Source: Octopus vulgaris (lineage: Eukaryota). From it: a DNA stretch of 64,000 nt. The notes beneath the pieces were generated by a model that was not told the DNA's origin, ran no database searches, and was given only the letters and a program-made list of their open reading frames with translations. The translations under genes and the position numbers were made by a program. Of the stretch, positions 1 to 12,661 are shown piece by piece; the first letter of the stretch is position 1, and each line of letters starts with the position of its first letter. The stretch spans positions 113,026,001 through 113,090,000 of the forward strand of contig OX597820.1 in the NCBI GenBank assembly GCA_951406725.2. Direction: 5' to 3'.

Positions 1-178
1 CCTTATTAATTTGGAGAGATTCCATTAACCGTTATTATCATTTACCATCACAGCCAGAAGATATGATGGTAAATAATAATTAGACAAGTCCCATGATTAT
101 TGTGGACAAAGAAAAAAATAGTGTAAGATCCATAGACTTTTCAATACCATAAAATCGAGTGTCTAGTAAAGAAATATA

Positions 179-590
179 GGCACAGGCGTGGCTGTGTGGT
201 AAGAAGCTTGCTTCTCAACCACAAGACTCTGAGTTCATTCTCACTGCGTGACACATTTGACATGTGTCTTCTACTGTAGCCTCGAGCCGACCAAAGCCTT
301 GTGAATGGATTTGGTAGATGGAAACTGAAAGAAGCTTGGCATTTGTGTGTGTGTATGTGTGTGTGTGTGTGTGTTTGTGTCTGCATTTGTACCCCACCAC
401 CGCTTGACAACGGGTGATGGTGTTTTTACATCCCCGTAATTTAACGGTGCGACAAAAGAGATCGATAGAATGAGAACCAGGCTTAAGAGACAAACGTACT
501 GGGATCGCTTCATTAGACTAAAAATTTCTCAAGGCGTTATCCCAGCATGGCCACAATCTGATGACAGAAACATGATAAGGGACAAAAGAT
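179..590 (+). mobile_element. tRNA-derived SINE, family A
   Basis: Head ggcgtggctgtgtggtaagaag with B-box-like gagttcattc, internal (GT)n, 3' tail cccagcatggccac...gaaac. Homologous copies at 25587, 38430, 42220 and 61528. Confidence 0.8.
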
Positions 591-769
591 AAAATACGAG
601 GACCTAGCAAGAAAGACAAGAGACTGCAAAAGACAAATTTAACAATTGTTCTTGTGGTAATTGATGCAGTGGGCACAACACACAGAATGCTAACGAGGAG
701 TCTGAAGGAAACTGGAACTGAAACTAGCATCGTCGACCTGAAGAAATGCGCCATCCTACATTCTGACAG

Positions 770-1195
770 ACATGTTGTCAACCTAACAGCGAGACAACAT
801 CCCTGCGACCATGAGATAGGGAATAGGAAGCCGGACTTAGTTTTAATTGATAAGGGAAACAAACTATGCTGACAACAAGGTATGCGATAAGGAAGAAAGA
901 AAAGTTGAGAGATATGACAGGTTAGCTTGGGAAGTTAAGCAGTTGTGGTCGATGAAAAAGGTAGCAGTAGTACCAATAACTGTCGGAGTCCTGGGAACAG
1001 TGAGCAAAAATCTCGAGAAGTATGTGGAACAAATAGGGGCTACAATAAGGGTGGAGCACTTGCAGAAAACAGCACTGTTTGGAACCGCTCGAAAACTCTG
1101 GAAGGTGCTCGAAAAATAAGAGGTGTTACCTTAGTTCACTGGTAGTGAACAGCTGACACCATAGTACATCGCCAGCGTTGGAAGCTGTGCAAAGG

Positions 1196-1198
<3 letters not shown>
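770..1198 (+). mobile_element. Dong/R4-clade non-LTR retrotransposon, 3' end (restriction-like endonuclease remnant and 3' UTR)
   Basis: ORF pieces HEIGNRKPDLVLIDK and KEERKVERYDRLAWEVKQLW...VVPITVGVLG...LQKTALFGTARKL fit the PD-(D/E)xK RLE domain of R4/Dong. A (TAA)n tract follows directly. Confidence 0.85.
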
Positions 1199-1269
<71 letters not shown>

Positions 1270-1270
1270 T
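1199..1270. repeat. (TAA)n microsatellite at the 3' junction of the Dong-like element
   Basis: Pure taa repeats. Confidence 0.95.
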
Positions 1271-1519
1271 TCTCCAAATATTCCTATCTAGTTACTTAAT
1301 GAAAAGACCGCTTTACCATGAGGCTAGCAGTACAACGCCAAAGAAAGTTAGTTAAACATTTCTTCTTCCATTTTTGTTTTCTTTTTTTTTATCTTCTTCA
1401 AATATTCCTGTCCAGCTACTGTAATGAAAAAGATCGCTTTGCCATGAGACCGATGCGAACACCACCACCTCTTCCCCGTATTCAAACTGGGAGTGAGGCA
1501 ATTATTCTTTCTTTTTTTC

Positions 1520-3840
1520 CTTCGGTCAGGATGTCGGTGGCTAAACCGGTAACCCCGCAGAGCTTGCTCTGTGAGGAGGGTGTATGATTCTTGCTATTTT
1601 GACACCCTACAAGAAGAACAAACCTGTATACAGGCTAATGAACTCTTACGAGAACGGCGTGAATGAGGTTGGAATACCTTTTGAAGGTCTCTCACCCCGT
1701 GGGTACCCCATGGGTGAGCAGCGTCATAAAGCAACAGCTAAAAGAGGGTGGACGAAAGAAATGAATGTAGCTGTAATAGAGTGCTACTTTCTGGGTAATC
1801 TGAGAAATGATAATTAAATACTCGTTAGGGGACACAGGAAAAGAATGCATAGGGCATAGAGCGACAGAGGTCTATTTGAATTAAGTAAACAAAATCTGTG
1901 TGACCAATCTAGCGCCATCAGAAAGAATGAATGGATATCTCCAGTTGGACTAGAAAGCATTAAGAGACGGGTGCTTAGGGATAGTGATACCAGCTGTGAA
2001 CGGAAGCTTGAGGTGAGCAAGAGAATACGGATAGTGAAACTATGGCATGAAGTTAAAGGAAGAAAATGAGCATGAGGCTGAGATTACTGATCAGGAAAGC
2101 GATGAGAGAACCAAGGAACAGATATCCATTTTAAATGAAAACATTGGTATTTGGCCCTCTGGGGAACAGGGTGTTCATACGGGGTTTAAAAAAACAGAAA
2201 CTCAGTGGATGGGTCAGCAAGATAAATGATATCACTGGTGATATCAGGACTGACAACACCACAGACACCAACAATCTGATGAATGCAATCCCGATCTTTA
2301 TAGCCCTAACTTAGGTTTGAAAGCCAAAGGCAAATGTCAACATAACCTGAAGGCACCCAGGTGGAAAAGGAGAATAATGCAGTCTATTAACGATACCAGA
2401 AAGCATATTAATATTCTGGAATGGAAGAAGAGGAATGAAGTTCAGCGAGACAAAAAGTATTGGGGGAAGTGAAAGGGAATCAATGTTGAGGTTGAGGAAT
2501 TAAAACAGAGGTTGAACGCTAAAGTACATAAACTAAAGAGATATGAACAGAGAATTGAGCAGTACAGATTAAACAGACTTTTCGAACAAAATCAGAAACG
2601 AGTCTATCAGGAACTGGATGGGAAAGAAAAAAGTGAAAATGTCGCGCCGGATGCTGAAGAAAGCAAACGATTCTGGTCAAACATATAGTCTCAGGAGAAA
2701 CAACACGAAACTGAAGCAGAGTGGTTAAAGACACTCAAAGAGGAGAGTGGAGAGTATCAGCAAGAGGATTTGAGAATAACCGAGGAGATGATTAGAGATC
2801 AGTGGAGGAAAATTCCTAACTGGAACGCGCCTGGCCCAGATGAGGTTCAGGGCTTTGGGCTTAAAAACCTGACAGCTCTGCACAGGAGAATTGCGAGACA
2901 GATGGACGAAATACTGAGTAGTGACATCCAAGTACCGGCCTGGATGACAAAAGGAAGAACGGTACTAAGCCAGAAGGGCCCACGTAAAGGGAATGCGGTT
3001 GGAAATTTCCGACCAATAGCTTGTTTGCCACTGATGTGGAAACTGATGATGGGCATCGTATCAAACAGCCTCTATAAGTACCTAGATGAGAACGAGCTAC
3101 AACCAGTGGGAAAAAAAAAAGGTGTAGACGTAAGAGCAGAGGAACGAAGGACCAATTACTAATCGATGAGACTATCCTGGCTGACTGCAAGAAGAGACAT
3201 AAAAATTTGGCGATGTCATGGGTGGACAACAGGAAAACATATGACATGGTCCTACGCTCGTAGATAATTGAATGCCTTAAACTGCTTAAGGTCTCCCACA
3301 ATATCCTGAAGTTAATACAAAACACAATGACAACGTGGCGAACTGAACTCACAGCAAAGCTGGGAGAGGAATCTTACATGGGGACAGTTTGTCGCCTCTC
3401 CTGTTTGTTGTCTGCCTACTGCCACTAACGAGCGTTTGAAGAAAGATGCGTGTGGAGAAGGTGCTCGGCAGGGTGAAAGTAAACAACCTGTGGTTTTATG
3501 GATGACCTAAAGCTATTCACTAAGACCGAGAAAGAAATTGAGAGTTTGACGGCAACCGTGCAGATTATCAGCAAAGATATTGGCATGGAATTTGGGATCG
3601 AGAAATGTGATTTAATGATTCTCAAAAGGGAGAAAATCAGTAAAAGCCATGGGATCAAGCTGGAAAGTAGTGAAACTATAAAGGAAGTCGGAGAGGAAGG
3701 ATATAAGTACCTGGGTATCATTGAAAGAGATGAGATGAATGAACACAGGATGAAAGAAATGTAGAGTATTTGAGGAAAACTCGGCTTGTGCTCCAATCGA
3801 AGCTAAATGGCCGCTATAAGATTAGAGCAATTAATTCGTG
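1520..3840 (+). pseudogene. Degenerate Dong/R4 LINE: N-terminal region and reverse transcriptase, 3'-truncated
   Basis: Frameshifted fragments [78 protein letters not shown]. Many stops. Confidence 0.88.
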
Positions 3841-3900
3841 ATTTGTAATTGCCTGCTTTTAAGTAAAGAATAACCGGTAATTAAGAACTATCGGAGAGTC

Positions 3901-3944
3901 TAACAACAATAACAACAACAGCAACAATAACAATAACAATAATA

Positions 3945-4020
<76 letters not shown>

Positions 4021-4111
4021 TAATAATAATAATAATAATAATAGTAATAATAATAATAATAATGATGAAGAAGAAGAAGAAGAAGAAGAAGAAGAAGAAG
4101 AAGAAGAAGAA
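3901..4111. repeat. Compound (AAC)/(TAA)n/(GAA)n microsatellite
   Basis: Seen directly. Confidence 0.95.
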
Positions 4112-4596
4112 GATCTTAACTGATTGGAAGTGCTACCACGTACATTGTTTTGTCTTGGTATAAAAGATGGGCTACAGATTTGCTCGTCAGTTGTTTGACC
4201 TTAACCAGTTAAGCATGTCCCTTGGTGGCTGATGATATGTGCATCTCTGATCACGAGCAGAAGTAGTGGGGGAGCATCATAGCCATGTGTTGAGAGGAAT
4301 TCTTTGGGGTTTGAATAATTCACCTTTTGAAACATGGGTGTTTCATTCAGCGTCCTTAAACAACCCTTATTCATGGACCTTTTGAGCGGGATGGATTACT
4401 CGACCCGAAGAAAATTCTAACTGAGCTCCAACGGCAAGGTCATGCGCTGTTTATCTTGATATAAAATCACCATGTCACGCACATATGATTGTGCTGCATT
4501 TAATTGGTGTACCCTTATCAGACGGGTAGTAATGATAGTGACCTTCGTATATTTTAACCCAGTGTCACTTTGATGGCATGCACTGTTCTCTCACTT
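4112..4596 (+). mobile_element. Non-coding TAA-associated retroposon (family T), 5'-truncated copy
   Basis: Homologous to the reverse complement of 19771-20325, 37139-37635 and 46657-47062. Constant 3' end ...ctctcact followed by (AAC/AAT)n. Confidence 0.8.
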
Positions 4597-4684
4597 AACA
4601 ACAACAACAACAACAACAACAACAAAAACAACAACAACAACAACAACAGCAACAACAACAACAACAATAATAATAATAATAAGA

Positions 4685-4895
4685 GGTATCAAATTTTGGC
4701 ATAGGACCAGCAATTTAAGGAGAGTGTATTAGTCGATACTATCGACCCCAGTGCCTGTCTGATTTTTTTTTATCGACCCCGAAAGATTGAAAGGTAAAGC
4801 CGACATCGGCAGGTTTTGAACTCAGGACGTGAAGATGGAACAAAAACTGCCAGACATTTTTCATATGTTCTAATGATTCTTCCAATTTTCTACCA
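4685..4895 (-). mobile_element. SINE family B, degenerate
   Basis: tatcgaccccgaaagattgaaaggtaaagccgac...tttgaactcag, the reverse complement of the family B core. Confidence 0.7.
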
Positions 4896-6102
4896 CAAAT
4901 TTATAGCGGCAGGAGTATGAAGGATTATAGTTGACTTAGATTTATACAAGAGGGAGTATAGTCGATTAATATGACCACAGAATATTACTTGTCTTGGTTC
5001 TATCAACCTCAACTGCGGCCATAGAGATTTCTTATATTAGTGCAATGTCACCAGTGTGCGATTGGTCAGGGAGGAAATGAAGCAAATTGGCGGAATGGTT
5101 AAAGAATTTTGGAGGGAATATGTTGTGTTATTTTTTCTTCTTCTTTGCGCTCTGATTTCAAATCCTGCTAAAGTCAACTTTTAGTTTCATCCTTCTGGAA
5201 TCATTAAGTTGAATACCAGTCAGGCAGAAGGATCGAGTCTTCTTTTCTCTGTGTGTCGGAATTAATTATATCTTGCCGTAGAAAGCATCTCGTTCGCCAG
5301 AAATTGAGAATGTTGAGTGAGGTGCTAAGCAACGTCTTGTCATAGCGAAAAAACTTCTGTGCTATTGAAAACTACCCAAGGCCATCCTTATACGCAAAAC
5401 AGCATGTAAAAGTAATAATCTGCTTGAATGATAACCACAATTTGTCTTATAATGATCAAGCGGTAAATTATGCTGATGTGCTCACCGTGGAGTTAAACAT
5501 TTCAAACACTATGCCATAAAATACTGTGAACTCTGCAATTTATAGAGAATAATGTCTTGGACTGCGATATGATTTTCATGAAGCCATTTCCAAAACTTTT
5601 GAATGGGATCATTCCCTGTTTCAGCAGTATATTGAAGAATTTCGTCACGAATGCTTCCATAATGTCATATCTTCCACATTGGATAAATGATTCTCAAGAT
5701 CCCTCCTCACAACCAGATCGTATATTTTATGGACATCCAAAGCTAAGAAGTTTTACCTGGCCCTCTCAATACGTATGAATATATGTACATATGCATTTTA
5801 TATTGCAGTATGGACAGACTTCGAGTAAGTGTTTGTGACAAATGTCACAATTCTAATATTAGATATGTTCCTTTGCTAAAACGTAAAAACTTTTCTGTTT
5901 TTGAATTTGAAAACATTCCTGGATTAAAACTGGTTCAAAATCTACACACACACACACACAGCCAAAGAAAATGATAATGCAAACAATGTTGGCATTATTT
6001 TATACATCAGACAGTGAGTAGGGGAAGCATAATATAGGATTTACACAACTACGGCCGCAGATCAGCAAACACCCCTCACACTTCTACAATTCGCACGCAC
6101 GT

Positions 6103-6144
<42 letters not shown>

Positions 6145-6388
6145 TCGCACACATACACACACACACACATACACAGACACGCACACTCGCACACACAAGC
6201 ATACATACACGAGGGAATTACAAGAGTACATCATTATATCAAAGTTTCACTACAAAAATAAGCATTCTAGAAAATTTCAAATGTTTCAGGATCGCTTTTC
6301 TGTCGTTTTTAATGCTCTTTTCTCTTGGTTCCAGATTGCAACCATAAATCAGTGTGCGTGTGTGTGTGTGTGCATACACACACACATA

Positions 6389-7118
6389 CAGGGTACAATG
6401 GGTAAGTCGTCGCTATTTTATATTTTTAATTTCGCGCATGCGCATTGCTTGTTTTTGATTTTGTCGACTATACAGTATAGTAGGGTGTCAGTTGGTCACT
6501 CTCTGTGCGAAAAGCAGCACCATGGCGCAATTCACTCTTCCAGAAATTTGGAAACGACATGCTATACTGCTTGGTATTCACGCTGAAAGCTTTAATATGA
6601 ACATTTCAGAGTGTTTGGGTGTCAATCTGAGGACATTGCAGATAATTCGGAAAGAGTTAGATGAGTCTAAAGGTGCTTACGAAGCTACGGCAGCTCAGGA
6701 AACACACTTTGATCGTTCTGATAAGAAAAGAACTCCTCCAAGTCAATCAAGTCCATCACCAAGGACATGGGAGTGTCCGAGTTTCTTAACGGGCAGATAG
6801 TGCATGAAGACGTTCGGTATACTTCATACAAGATGAGATAGGGCCAATTTTTATCCCAAACCATCAAGGACAAAGACCGCGCGACGAAGCTTTTGAACAA
6901 ACAGAAGCATCCCCTCCAACCGAACATGCTTTGGTTTTTCTCAGGCGAGAAAACTTTCTGCCAGGATCAGATGATAAACACACAAAACAACCGTTGGCTT
7001 GCCATGTACCTAGAGTGATAAAAATCAACCAGTCAGCATCATGGTGTCCGGAGTTATCACTAGTGATGGCGACGTTATACCTCCATTTATCTTCCCACAC
7101 AGCCTCACACTCAACACG
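6389..7118 (+). mobile_element. Tc1/mariner (maT/DD37D-like) transposon remnant
   Basis: TA|CAGGGT terminus; MAQFTLPEIWKRHAILLGI start; degenerate WFFS(D>G)EKNF catalytic motif near 6932. Homologous to 58688-59235. Confidence 0.7.
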
Positions 7119-7321
7119 TAGTAAATCAAATACCATACAACATATATTCTTTATTTATTAACATTAACTTCACCCACGGAGAATGTATCACAATGACCAA
7201 AAGTCAACTGAGACAGGTTCCATATGAGACGAGAAGGTAATTAGAAGAATTTTGTGAATTTTCCAAAGTTCATGTACCATTAAAGAGAAAGATGAGCTTA
7301 TTGAGTTGAGATAAGAGGACA

Positions 7322-7391
<70 letters not shown>

Positions 7392-7411
7392 TGTATGTGT
7401 GTGTGTGGTGT

Positions 7412-7450
<39 letters not shown>

Positions 7451-7959
7451 GTTGTTTACGCATAATTAACTAGGCATGAAATCAGTGTAATTTGTAATTC
7501 TTAAAATTCAACCTCTAATCAGAGTAGAAATTCATTATGCGCAATGATATTGACTATTTGATGGCTGTGTCGAAACAGCTGTAAAGGTTTCGTTACATCT
7601 GGTAATAGTACGTAGCAACCTATGTAATTATATTCGTACATCTATTATTGTTTGACATCTGTATTGAAATTCGGTCAAACTTTTCTTTCTTTTAGACACA
7701 CACACGTATGTATGTTTGTGTATGTAGTTAAGCAAGTGAGATATACACTATGTTCATAGTATTTTTCACAGAATCGCCTCCTCACGACAATACGTTGTGT
7801 TTGCCGCCACAAAACAGTGATCCCGTTGATACTGTCTTTGCACAAAGACAAATAAAAAAAAGTAAAAGGGATAAATCAATCGATCTGAAGCTTAAGACGA
7901 CAACAATTTTGAGTAAATATTTTGAGAAAATATTTGTTAAAAAAGGGAAGGGTTAAATG

Positions 7960-8745
7960 GTAATAGAGAACATCTATGGTATTGATAAATAGATACAATG
8001 AAATAAATGAGCTAAAAGAAACATCGATAACAACTATTTAAAGGGATGATGTGGAGATAACAGACAATAGCAATAAGAACAATGAAACAATGTGATGAAA
8101 AGATAACAAAGGAAAACATTAGAGATACAATGAGATAAAAGCAGCTAAAAGTAACATTGATAACAATTATATAAAGGTCCGATTTTGAGATAATAGACAT
8201 CAGCAATTAGAACAATCTTGCAATGAGATAAAAAGTGATAACAGAATCGCGAAGAGTCTAAAAATGACGACTCTAATACTAAAATACTGAGAAGTGGAAT
8301 ATGACAGAAATATGATGAAATTCTTTGTACAGATGTTGGATCTTGTAGCAATATTTCATGAGGGATAATATAACAAGGGAAAGATTCGTATGATACCAAG
8401 TGTTTAATAAATATAACAAGATAAAAACTGATAGCACTTTATTTCCATTAAAAATAATAAGGATTCATTGATTATAAAGAGTATTCAACTCCTGTTGAAT
8501 ATAACAAGACATGAAACTGACAACATCTTAGTTCCAGTGAATATAATAAAGATAACATTGAATGTAACAAGGATACTTAACCCATGTTAAATATAAGATC
8601 TTAAACTTATAGCACTTCAGTTCCTTTAGATACAATAAGCCTACTAAACCCTTGTTAAATGTAATAAACTGTACATCGAACCGCTATTTACTACAAGGTG
8701 TAAATTGATAATAACTCATGTTAAATATAACAGGGTATACATGTT
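7960..8745. repeat. Degenerate A-rich minisatellite
   Basis: Recurrent diverged units such as agatacaatgaaataa/gagataaaag and gttaaatataacaag. Confidence 0.55.
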
Positions 8746-8751
8746 TAGACT

Positions 8752-8798
<47 letters not shown>

Positions 8799-9046
8799 AT
8801 CACGTGACCGTCCAGGCTATCAGATGTTGCTACACATCGCTAGTCACAATGCGCTCCGCATTGTTTTAGCCTTCAAATGACGCCACCCCGCTGGCTAAGC
8901 GAGCAGGCCAACAGAAGAAAGAGTGACAGAAAGTTGTGGCGAAAGAGTACAGCACGGTTAGGGTATATATATCCAGATAGCTAATTTGGACTAATACTGC
9001 CTCCATCGCTAATAACTATATATATATATACAGAGAGAGAGAGAGA

Positions 9047-9867
9047 GGCCATCCGGATTCCCGTTTGCGCCGTGAACAGGAATTAATCTTCTCTCTTCGC
9101 TCTTATACGCCATTTGGTCTCAACTCTCCCCCCCTCCTCATCTAACCCCCCCTCTTCTCCTCACTACACCACACGACTTTACACATCACATCATATATGA
9201 TGTGCCATACTAATACATACACCAACTAATACATACTAATACGTACTAATACATACTAATACATACTAATACATACACCAACCCTATACATACACACGTC
9301 CAGACGCCGCATACGCACTTATACTCTCTCATACACACACACACACACACACTTATACATACTAATACGTACTAATACATACTAATACATACTAATACCT
9401 ACACCAACCCCATACATACGCACGTCCAGACCAATCCTACGCACTAATACTCTCTCATACACACACACACACACACACACCCTTATACATACTAATACAT
9501 ACACCAACCCTATACATACACACGTCCAGACCCCTCCTACGCACTATTAGCTGGTCCTTCAACCCTATTATCAACCCTATTATCAACCCTATTATCTCCC
9601 CTTAATTCGCTCTCGCGTCTCATGTTTGATCTTTGACCTCTGGCCGAAATCAGATCGCCATGTTGATTCGTTAGCTACTGCACGCATTTTTTTTTCTTTC
9701 CTTCTTTCTGTGTTTTTTTTTCTCTCTGTGTATCTTTCTGTTGAAGAGCGTAGGCTCGAAACGTTAAAGACTTGTTTTATTTATATTTCCTGAGCGCCAT
9801 ACTAATACAATTGTTCGTTTGTTTTCCACCTGCCTTCGTCTTTTGTCTATTTTCATAAAGCTTCCCG

Positions 9868-9868
<1 letters not shown>
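9047..9868 (+). mobile_element. Penelope-like element (PLE) 3' end: GIY-YIG C-terminus, internal minisatellites and pseudo-LTR
   Basis: 9047-9145 encodes GHPDSRLRREQELIFSLRSYTPFGLNSPPLLI*, matching the RE..I..L....P.GLN end of Penelope endonucleases. HHR-like motif at 9733-9770; ends at (TA)n. Confidence 0.8.
9733..9770 (+). ncRNA. Variant minimal hammerhead-like motif in PLE pseudo-LTR
   Basis: tcttt-CTGTTGA-a-gagc gtag gctc-GAAA-cgtt-aaaga: helix I tcttt/aaaga, helix II gagc/gctc, palindromic aacgtt. The core differs from CUGANGA at A6. Confidence 0.55.
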
Positions 9869-9938
<70 letters not shown>

Positions 9939-9944
<6 letters not shown>

Positions 9945-10267
9945 TAGTAAAAAGTGAAAAAGCTACAGAAGGCTTGTTTTAAAAGGTTAAAAAATATATT
10001 TGAGTCATTATGTCAGAAGAATGTTATAAAATTTTTTCATACAGTGACATAGTTTTTGAAGAAATTACCGGTTTCGTGTTAACTTTTCAAATTTCTCAAA
10101 ACATCGTGTTATGTCTTGAAAAGTTAACACGAAACCGGTAATTTCTTCAAAAACTATGTCACTGTATGAAAAGATTTTATAACATTCTTCTGACATAATG
10201 ACTCAAATATATTTTTTAACCTTTTAAAACAAGCCTTCTGTAGTTTTTTCACTTTTTACTATTTTCT
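9939..10267. repeat. Near-perfect ~152-bp inverted repeat (PLE-type inverted pseudo-LTR)
   Basis: Arms 9939-10090 and 10116-10267 are reverse complements with few mismatches, around a 25-bp spacer. Confidence 0.9.
10060..10096 (-). ncRNA. Minimal type I hammerhead ribozyme with U3-A8 core
   Basis: Minus strand agaaat-UUGAAAA-g ttaaca c-GAAA-ccgg-UA-atttct: 6-bp helix I, 1-bp helix II, palindromic ACCGGU helix III, GUA cleavage triplet. Confidence 0.7.
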
Positions 10268-10298
10268 ATATATTCAACCACGTGCTTTCACACACCAA

Positions 10299-10400
<102 letters not shown>

Positions 10401-11416
10401 CCTTGCCTATTGAATGCTTATTTCTCTCGTCTGTATCACCAAATCTCTCTCTCTTTCTCGTTCTGTGTGTATATAAATGTGCGTGTAGAGAGAGAGTCTC
10501 TAGATGTCCGCTAAACATGACAAAGAGTCGGCGTACATATAACATGAAACTTATTACCTCTAGATTACATAAATGGCATTTATATCGTTTAATTCTTGCT
10601 GGCAACATCATGGAGAGCACTTCTTTCAACTAGCTCTTGCTAGCACTGAAGTGGAGACAACATTTTCAAGCCACCAGCATCCATGAATTATTATCAATGA
10701 AATAAAGGCAATATTTTGGACACCAACACCCACCGACTAACAGTGTAATGGAGAATATATATACGTTAATAATGTCCTGGAGAATATGTTTATTACATTA
10801 AGCAATAGTTCTGAATACAACACGGAGTAATGCTGTTAGCATTCAGCTGTTGTTATCAATAATACAGAGATGAATATCTACCAGCTAACAAAATGACTAT
10901 TTCATACTCGGAATTCATATTAACAAACACACACTGAGTTTATTAATGACATGCAACTCTGGCGAAAACTAACATATTTTCAAATTACAACTTCCCTCTC
11001 TTCTATAAGACAAATAAAGAAATAAATTAAGACAATATATAAACAAACGGTCTGTGATTTAAATTATCTCCATATTTATATAGAAGCAATAATTGTATCT
11101 AAATGAATATGGAGGCTGTTTATAACACGTCATATGCTTAAGACAAATATGTACAGTATCTATAGTAATAGCACCTAATTTATATACATTGTACTGACTT
11201 TATAATATCGATCTCATTTTAAAATGAACAAATGTTGTTGACAATACCATAAACAGCACAGGGCCTCTAACAACTCGCTCTCGTTTAGAATGTCATAAAG
11301 AGTACAGTACTTGTAACAGCTAACTCTTGTTGACAATACCATGAAGAGTGCTTTTAACAACTAGTTATCGTTGACAATACTATAGGGAGTACAGTACTTG
11401 TAACAACTAATTCTTG

Positions 11417-11848
11417 CGATCTTTTCGGTTTGAACGGCAGTTTTTAACATAATTTCTAGGTAACTAAAAAATTTTAAACTTCGTATACTGGTAGAATGTG
11501 TTTATAAAACATATTTTTATCTTGGCTTTATTGAGAAAATTCTATAGTTTGTAAGATATTTGTTGTTTTTTTCTTCAATTTCTGCAATTTCAACCAATCA
11601 CTGACGTCTATTGAGGTAAAAAACATTCTGTGCCGTATGAATACGTCCCTTGTTTAAAAAACAGGTTGGGTTTATTTACATTTCTGAAGAAAAAAAGATA
11701 CCCTTCCCCCCACCCCTAACCCTAACCTTAACTAACCTTAACCCTAAAACAGATTGAAATGCAATAGATCGATACTAGGGTCATAATTGTGGGTAATAAT
11801 TTTATATGACACCGCTAGAAAAAACTGCCGTTCAAACCGAAAAGATCC
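11417..11848. mobile_element. MITE with ~28-bp TIRs and 8-bp TSD (Merlin-like)
   Basis: TIR gatcttttcggtttgaacggcagttttt / aaaaactgccgttcaaaccgaaaagatcc; TSD aattcttg at 11409-11416 and 11849-11856; internal CCCTAA repeats. Confidence 0.85.
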
Positions 11849-12453
11849 AATTCTTGTTTAAAATAACACAGCGGTTACTTCTTACATTCAATACTATAAC
11901 ATACTTCAGCTAAACATGGCAGAGTGAGTTTAGTACTCAGAATAAATGCTAACCATAATATCAAATTTATTTGTGACATCTCATTCCAGCGATAACTACA
12001 TTTTCCGAATGGCAACTTCAATATCAGCTGGTAAAAAAAAAAAAGAAAGAAAATTTCATCAGAAAACCACTCATTAAAAAGTCGGTTCGTGTTATAAATA
12101 ACTTTAATATTAATATAGCAAAAGTAATTGTTTCTAGATTAATGTGGAGGCTCTTTATAACTCGTGTCCTAAGCGGAAGATCATGTGAACAAAAAGCATG
12201 CAAACTTCATAACGTCGATCTCTTGCTAAAATTAACTTAGCAACAATGACACATCGGATCACGTTAGTAGGAAGATGAAACGGTAGATATATAACATGTA
12301 ACATGGGGACTCTAGCATTATGGATACGCCAGCTCTTGTTAGTAACAACATGGACATTGCTACTCACATTTGGCTCTTGTCACGAATAAACATAGAGATT
12401 ACACCTGTGATAACACAGCTAATGTTAGCAATAGCACGAAGCCTATATATATA

Positions 12454-12661
12454 TATTTCTTTACTGCCCACAAGGGGCTAAACATAGAGGGGACAAACAA
12501 GGACAGACAAAGGGATTAAATCGATTGCATCAATCCCAGTGTGTAACTGGTACTTAATTTATCGACCCCGAAAAGATGAAAGGCAAAGTCGACTTCGGCG
12601 GAATTTGAACTCGGAACGTAACAACAGACGAAATACGGCTAGGTATTTCGCCCAGCGTGCT
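12454..12661 (-). mobile_element. SINE family B
   Basis: tttctttactgcccacaaggggct...tatcgaccccgaaaagatgaaaggcaaagtcgac; acgaagcc repeated on both flanks. Confidence 0.85.

Noticed and set aside
558-580. ctgatga-ca-gaaac in a SINE tail resembling a hammerhead core
   Set aside because: Other copies read ctaatgactgaaac or caaatgactgaaac with no flanking helices; better explained as a LINE-derived tail.
1520-1560. ggctaaaccgg at the Dong 5' end resembling J4/2-P2 of an HDV-like ribozyme
   Set aside because: Upstream P1/P2/P3 partner strands could not be found; at most a truncated remnant.
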